A stretch of DNA of 62,160 nt, the filler included. It is 6 parts of 6 records of this genome, joined end to end, with 100 filler letters (N's around TTAATTAATTAA, not from the genome) between each part and the next. Parts side by side here need not be neighbours in the genome. Positions count along the whole stretch, not along the records: positions 54,441 to 62,160 come from SRR2962707_1179; 5 more parts are not named here. One strand, 5' to 3'. The translations under genes were made by a program, and so were the position numbers. Position 1 is the first letter of the stretch, and every line of letters starts with the position of its first letter. Shown one piece after another: positions 57,401 to 62,160 of this stretch. The notes beneath the pieces were generated by a model. The model saw only the letters and a list, made by a program, of their open reading frames with translations, was not told where the DNA came from and searched no databases.

Positions 57401-60297
57401 GGCTGATCATGATGGGCAGTCACTGAGTGCATATGGCACAGGCAGTTCACAAGAGGTGGGTGCTGGCGTTTTGAATATGTTCAATGCGTGCGTGCGCACG
57501 CTTTCTGCTGTGTCTGCCGATTAAATTTTGCTTGTTTCGTACCGGGTCTTGGCATGCTAATGGTTTTGCGTTCGCAGATGAGCTCCGCACTTGCAGTTCT
57601 GAAGACGCAAAGGCGTCGACAACGCACGTTTTCGTCCCCCTGTCGAGGTGCTTTTGTTCTCGCTCGGTTTGGGTTTTTGAGTCACGTTCCTGAAATGGCG
57701 AACGTACGTTGAATAAGTGGCCGCATTTGGTACCGCGTGTCACTGTTCATCTTGATGCAAGCTTGACCTGGTGGTTCGTGACCGTGATTCTGTTGTGTGT
57801 CTGTGGCTACAAGGTGGCGGAGCTGGAGCTTGCTTTTCGACAACGAATCATGACTCAGATGCGGTTTGAATACCGAGCAGGATACCTGACGTACTACACC
57901 ATTGCATTTGCAGCTTTGAGCCAGCGCGCCTACTTCTATCAAACTTCACAGCTCGGAGCAGATGTTGCTGCAATGGACCAAGTGTGCGTGCAACGCCAAC
58001 CGCTCGCCAATGTGACAGCAGCATTGCAACAGTGCATTCCTTTGCAACTCTGTTGCCATTCTGCATGCACAGGTATCAATTGAGTCTTGAAAACATTCTC
58101 AACACAACCGTTATTGTGGTGACGTTTGGTTTCGCATTGATGATGTTATGCGATTTTAACCACGTCGGAACACAACCAGCTATTTGGGCGCTCCAAGAAA
58201 GCCTGTGCACCCAGGCGGCAACCCTGCTGTTTGCGTTTCAAAACATCGTGTTTGTGGTGAGTGGGCGGCCCACGTGGTGTTTCGCACAATTGCCGTTTGG
58301 GTCAGCTGTTGCGTTTGATGTCTCTGTCCTCACTTCTGATCGTGCGCCTGTTGGTAGATATTGTACCGACTTTCGTTCAACTGGTGGTACCTTATCGCCA
58401 ATTTCGTGCTCATCCCGCACGTCAACGTGTGCTTCTCGCTCGTTCCGTTTGCCAACAAAGTTGCGGCCTTTGCCGCAGCAGCTGTAATCCTTGCCACGTG
58501 GGCTGGAGTGTCGGCAAGCCAATCGGTGCGCGATTGTCGCTGTCACACCTGCCACTCTAACTATTCAGTGTTCGGGGAGAAGTTAAACGCAACCTGCCTG
58601 CATACATAGGTAATATCTGCCACGGGGGCGGCAACTAATGTGCTCGTGTTCACATCGTGGGTGATCCCGGCCGTGGTGTCATTCTTCATCTTCGACTATC
58701 GCATCGAGCGGCATAATCGCCGTGTTTTCCTCCAACAGCAAATGGTGGCTTTTCGGTACAGGAAGCATCTTAAGAAGATGAAAGGCACAAATTCACTTGT
58801 CAATAAGACGGCTTTGCCCGAGGTGAGCAAGCGCGATAAATCGAGAGCTCGCCTTGAGAAACGCAGAGTCAAGGATCCAATGTGTGGTACATTCCTGCTC
58901 AGTGGTGTGCGTTTTGCTGCTTGTGCGCAGAGCGCTCTCGAAACTTTGCGGAGAACTGGCGCTGTCAAGACAAGTTTCATCGACGCCTCAGGAACCGTTC
59001 TATTTGCAGACATCGTGTGCTTTACGCGTTTTACAAAATTCGTCTCCGCTGTACAGCTTGTGAAAATTTTGAATTCCATGTTCATGAAGTTTGACAATTT
59101 GGCTGTGGTCCATGGTGTGGACAAAATCAAGACAATTGGTGACTGCTATGTTGCTGCAAGCAATGTGCTGACGCCCAACCCGGACCACGCAAAGGCCATG
59201 ATCAAAATGGCACGTTGTGAACGATTTGGTAGCTTTTGGGCGTTGCGGTATGTGTGGCCAGGCTCGTCGATCACCACATTCCACTGATTGCTTCTTGTGC
59301 AGGCTCAGGGCATGCACGCTGCCATGCTCGAAGTGAATCATGTTTTTCAGACTGGCTTGCGCCTTCGGATTGGGCTGCACAGTGGTGCTATTATGGCGGG
59401 AATCATTGGACGGTCGCGCATCGCCTTCGATATTTGGGGTTCGAGCGTAATTGCACATGCCGAGCGTGGCCTCTTCCATGCCGAGCGTGATTGCATGAGA
59501 TACTTTGCGCTCATGTTCCCTTTGGCAATTATTGCTTTCTTTAGGGCCGACTGTGGACATGGCAAATGGGATGGAGGAAATGGGGCAGGCAGAGCTCGTG
59601 CACATCAGCAAGTCAACGTATCTGCGCAGCAAAGACGACCCGGAGTTGCGCTTCCAAGAACGAGGGAAGATCATGGTTCATGGTGCGGGCTCGGTGGTTT
59701 TGAATTTCCACCCTGATTTTGCTGCTTGAAACGGCCCTGTTTTTGACAGAAATACGTGGTTTGATAGGAAAGCTCGTACAGTCTTACTTCGTGGAAAATC
59801 CACCGGACTATACCATGCGTGGCCCTGGCGCTCATGAGAAAGACTACTCGAAGTACATTGAGCGAAGCCTGTTTGGTGCCGCACACCAGCAAGAGAAGGA
59901 AGCGGCTGAGTCGGCTCGCCACTCGAAACACCGCCACCGCCACCGCCGTCACCGCCACAACCAGCAAGAGCCCGCGGGCAAAGCACGCGAAAAAGGTGGT
60001 GATTTGGATGATTCGAAGCCCATGCGCAAAGTGCCAACTGCGGTTCAGCTGGACATTGTCCGGCGCTCGCCCGACAATGTATTTCCCAGTCTGGACGAGC
60101 TGTCGCCGCACTCGCCAACTGCAAGATTTCTTGAAGACTACAATGATATCGACAACGACGAAGGCGGCAGGAACCACGACGGCAGCACCAACGCAGAGAT
60201 CGGCACGGATGGCTCGAACGACCTGGAAATGCTTTCAGTGCACCCCCAAGCAGGACCCAAGCCCGCTGGGGGCGGGAACTCTCCGACTAAACAATAG
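54494..60297 (+). CDS. Membrane class III nucleotide cyclase, TM-cyclase-TM-cyclase, about 15 or more exons; predicted adenylyl cyclase
   Basis: Domain 1: NILPKEI, TIMFAHIDG, EKIKTIGATYM, YDVFGDTVNTASRM, IKGKG. Domain 2: LFADIVCFT, DKIKTIGDCY, RIGLHSG, FDIWGPTVDMANGME. Each domain is preceded by a block of hydrophobic helices. Confidence 0.88.
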
Positions 60298-60521
60298 TTT
60301 GCATGTCATGTGCTGAGGATGAACATTCGTCTGCCCCTGGTTCGAGCGCATCGTTTCCAATGTGGAGCGCAACGCAGGTGACGACAAGTTACAAATTTTA
60401 TTCTACGTTAACAAGTTAATTAAGCGGCACCTCACACGAGCGTTCGCGGGCGTGCTCAAACAAACAAGCTCGACCAAACAAACGTGCACCACTTCATGCC
60501 CTGTTGTCAAGGCGAAGAAAA

Positions 60522-61925
60522 TCACTTCCGCAGCAGTTCCATGACCGAGCCAAAGTCTTTCCCCTTGCTGCCGAGTGCGCAGTGAAGTGAGTACAGCGCG
60601 TGTGTTTGCGCGCCAAGTGGGAGGGATTGGCCATTTGCCTTGGCAGCGTCAAGGGCCAAACCTATCAACAGTGAAAAGGACGAAACAAAAAGCGGTTCGC
60701 TTATGAAGAAATGTCGTCACCTTATCCGCGAGGTCAAAAAAATGACAAGCCCACGCCAAGCGACGTACCGAGATCCTTCAGCATGAGGGCAGAGCCAAAG
60801 CCACCCGCGTAGTTGTTTGCGGCGGGGACACCTTCTAAAACGCCCGGGAAGGGGTTGTACGTGTCAGACGACCAGCATCGGCCGGTCGACGTGTTGATGA
60901 TGCTGGCCAAAACCTTGGCATCGAGGCCTGTGCAAGTACGCCATACAGCCACGCAAAACAAAACAAAAAAACGATGTTGTGAGCTGCATGTGACCAATGT
61001 CCTACAGTCATGGTGGCCGTGCACCAATGCAAGATACGGACCCATTTTTTCTCCAAGCGCATACGCCTCGCACACGCCGACCATGGAAATGCCGAGCAGG
61101 AGGTTGTTGCACAGCTTGGCACCACCGCCGGCTCCAGTTCCTCCGCAATGGAAGATGTTCGCGCCCATGATTTCGAGCAATGGACGAGCAGCGTTGAGAT
61201 CCTCTTCAGAGGCGCCGCACATGAAGGACAGCGTTCCAGCAGCAGCGCCATTGACACCACCCGACACGGGGGCATCGATGAAGCGGAAGCCCTTCGCGAC
61301 AGCATTCTCAGCAACCTGTGAATGGACGCATCGGTGAGGGATGCTGCATCACGTCCGTGCGCAACACAAGAACCCAAGTCCAGGCGCCACAAAACTCGCA
61401 TGCCAAGGGATACCAACACCACCACCACCGCCACCACCGCCGCCGACAACAGCGACCCATCCCGACTACGTCCAGCACCATTGCCATCAGAATACATCAC
61501 TACTGCACACCAACACCTCCTCCTCCTCGTACCTGCTTGGATACTCCAGGGTCAATCGTGCTGCAGTCAATGAACAGCGCGCCGTCTTTCGCGTTGTCAA
61601 ACACGCCGCCCTCGTCCTGATACACCGCACGCACCGTGTCGTTCCCAGGCAGCATCGTGACGACCGTGTCTGCGTCTACAGCCGCTGCCCCCGGGGAGGC
61701 CGCCACAGCGCCCCCGTTCCGCGTGATCTCGCCGAGCGGGCCTTCGGCCACGTCGAAGGCCGTGACGCTCTCCCCGGCAGCGAGCAAGTTCTTGGCCATG
61801 GGCAAGCCCATGTTGCCGAGACCGATGAAGGCGACCTTTCCTTCGGAGACTGCCGTCGAGGCCACGGAGCGCGCGCGGCTCACGGTTTGCGGGCGGAGGA
61901 AGCGGCGAGACACCAGGAGCATCAT
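60522..61925 (-). CDS. HIBADH: Mitochondrial 3-hydroxyisobutyrate dehydrogenase, 4 exons
   Basis: Arg-rich presequence, FIGLGNMGLPMA, VTMLP, DCSTI, DAPVSGG, AKLCNN, STGRCWSSDTYNP.PG, MLKDL|GLA, KDFG. Three GT-AG introns; stop at 60522-60524. Confidence 0.93.
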
Positions 61926-62160
61926 CCTCTTTTGCTGTTAGTGGGTTGTGGGCGAAGAACGAAGGAAGGAAGGAAGGCAGGGAAAGGGGGTACGCTCGGG
62001 TATTGTTGGTTCGCTATTTTTGTTTTTGTTTTTATTGTCTTGTTTCTTTTTCTTTTTGGCGATTTCAATGGAGACAGTGAACCCACTGACTGTATCAGGA
62101 GGGAGCTGTGGTCCGGTGGGATGGTTGATGCCGGCTGTGCTGCAACGCCAAACAGCAGAT

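Noticed and set aside
59920..59962. His/Arg repeat (HRHRHRRHRH) in the cyclase tail as a metal-binding domain
   Set aside because: It derives from a (CACCGC)n microsatellite in a disordered tail; there is no further support.
1..62160. CRISPR arrays, tRNA/rRNA genes, intact transposases or phage genes
   Set aside because: No repeat-spacer periodicity, RNA-gene signatures or mobile-element ORFs were seen by eye; a covariance-model scan was not possible.

Overview
The window is not one locus. It is six contigs joined by artificial 100-nt linkers (N44-TTAATTAATTAA-N44), which points to a metagenome or non-axenic culture assembly. Contigs 1-3 (1-20176, 20277-26613, 26714-32937) and contig 6 (54441-62160) come from an intron-rich eukaryote with ~70-190 nt introns and the standard code, probably a stramenopile. 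They carry a giant VPS13 with C2-like, PDZ and PX modules, an orphan membrane protein, a 3'-truncated acetyl-CoA carboxylase, a SAPS-like protein, an arylsulfatase, a two-domain membrane nucleotide cyclase and 3-hydroxyisobutyrate dehydrogenase. Contig 4 (33038-46059) is alphaproteobacterial: nosF-nosY-nosL-nosX, then BKACE, a PuuR-like regulator, gabT, a TAXI-TRAP transporter, USP, a C-N hydrolase and a large PLP decarboxylase. Contig 5 (46160-54340) looks Rhodobacteraceae-like: metG, an FKBP PPIase, a HAD, a hydrolase, a Ser/Thr dehydratase, pcaD, an eroding pcaB-like gene and an enolase-family pseudogene. The best leads are four. (1) Many introns sit immediately before a TA dinucleotide (phase 2, before Tyr), which suggests TA-targeted intron gain. 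(2) The cyclase has inverted domain order but adenylyl-specifying residues. (3) Contig 4 holds a candidate PuuR-regulated glutamate/GABA or omega-amino-acid module. (4) VPS13 has an unusual architecture. All calls are by-eye motif recognition, with no database searches; intron boundaries were placed manually.
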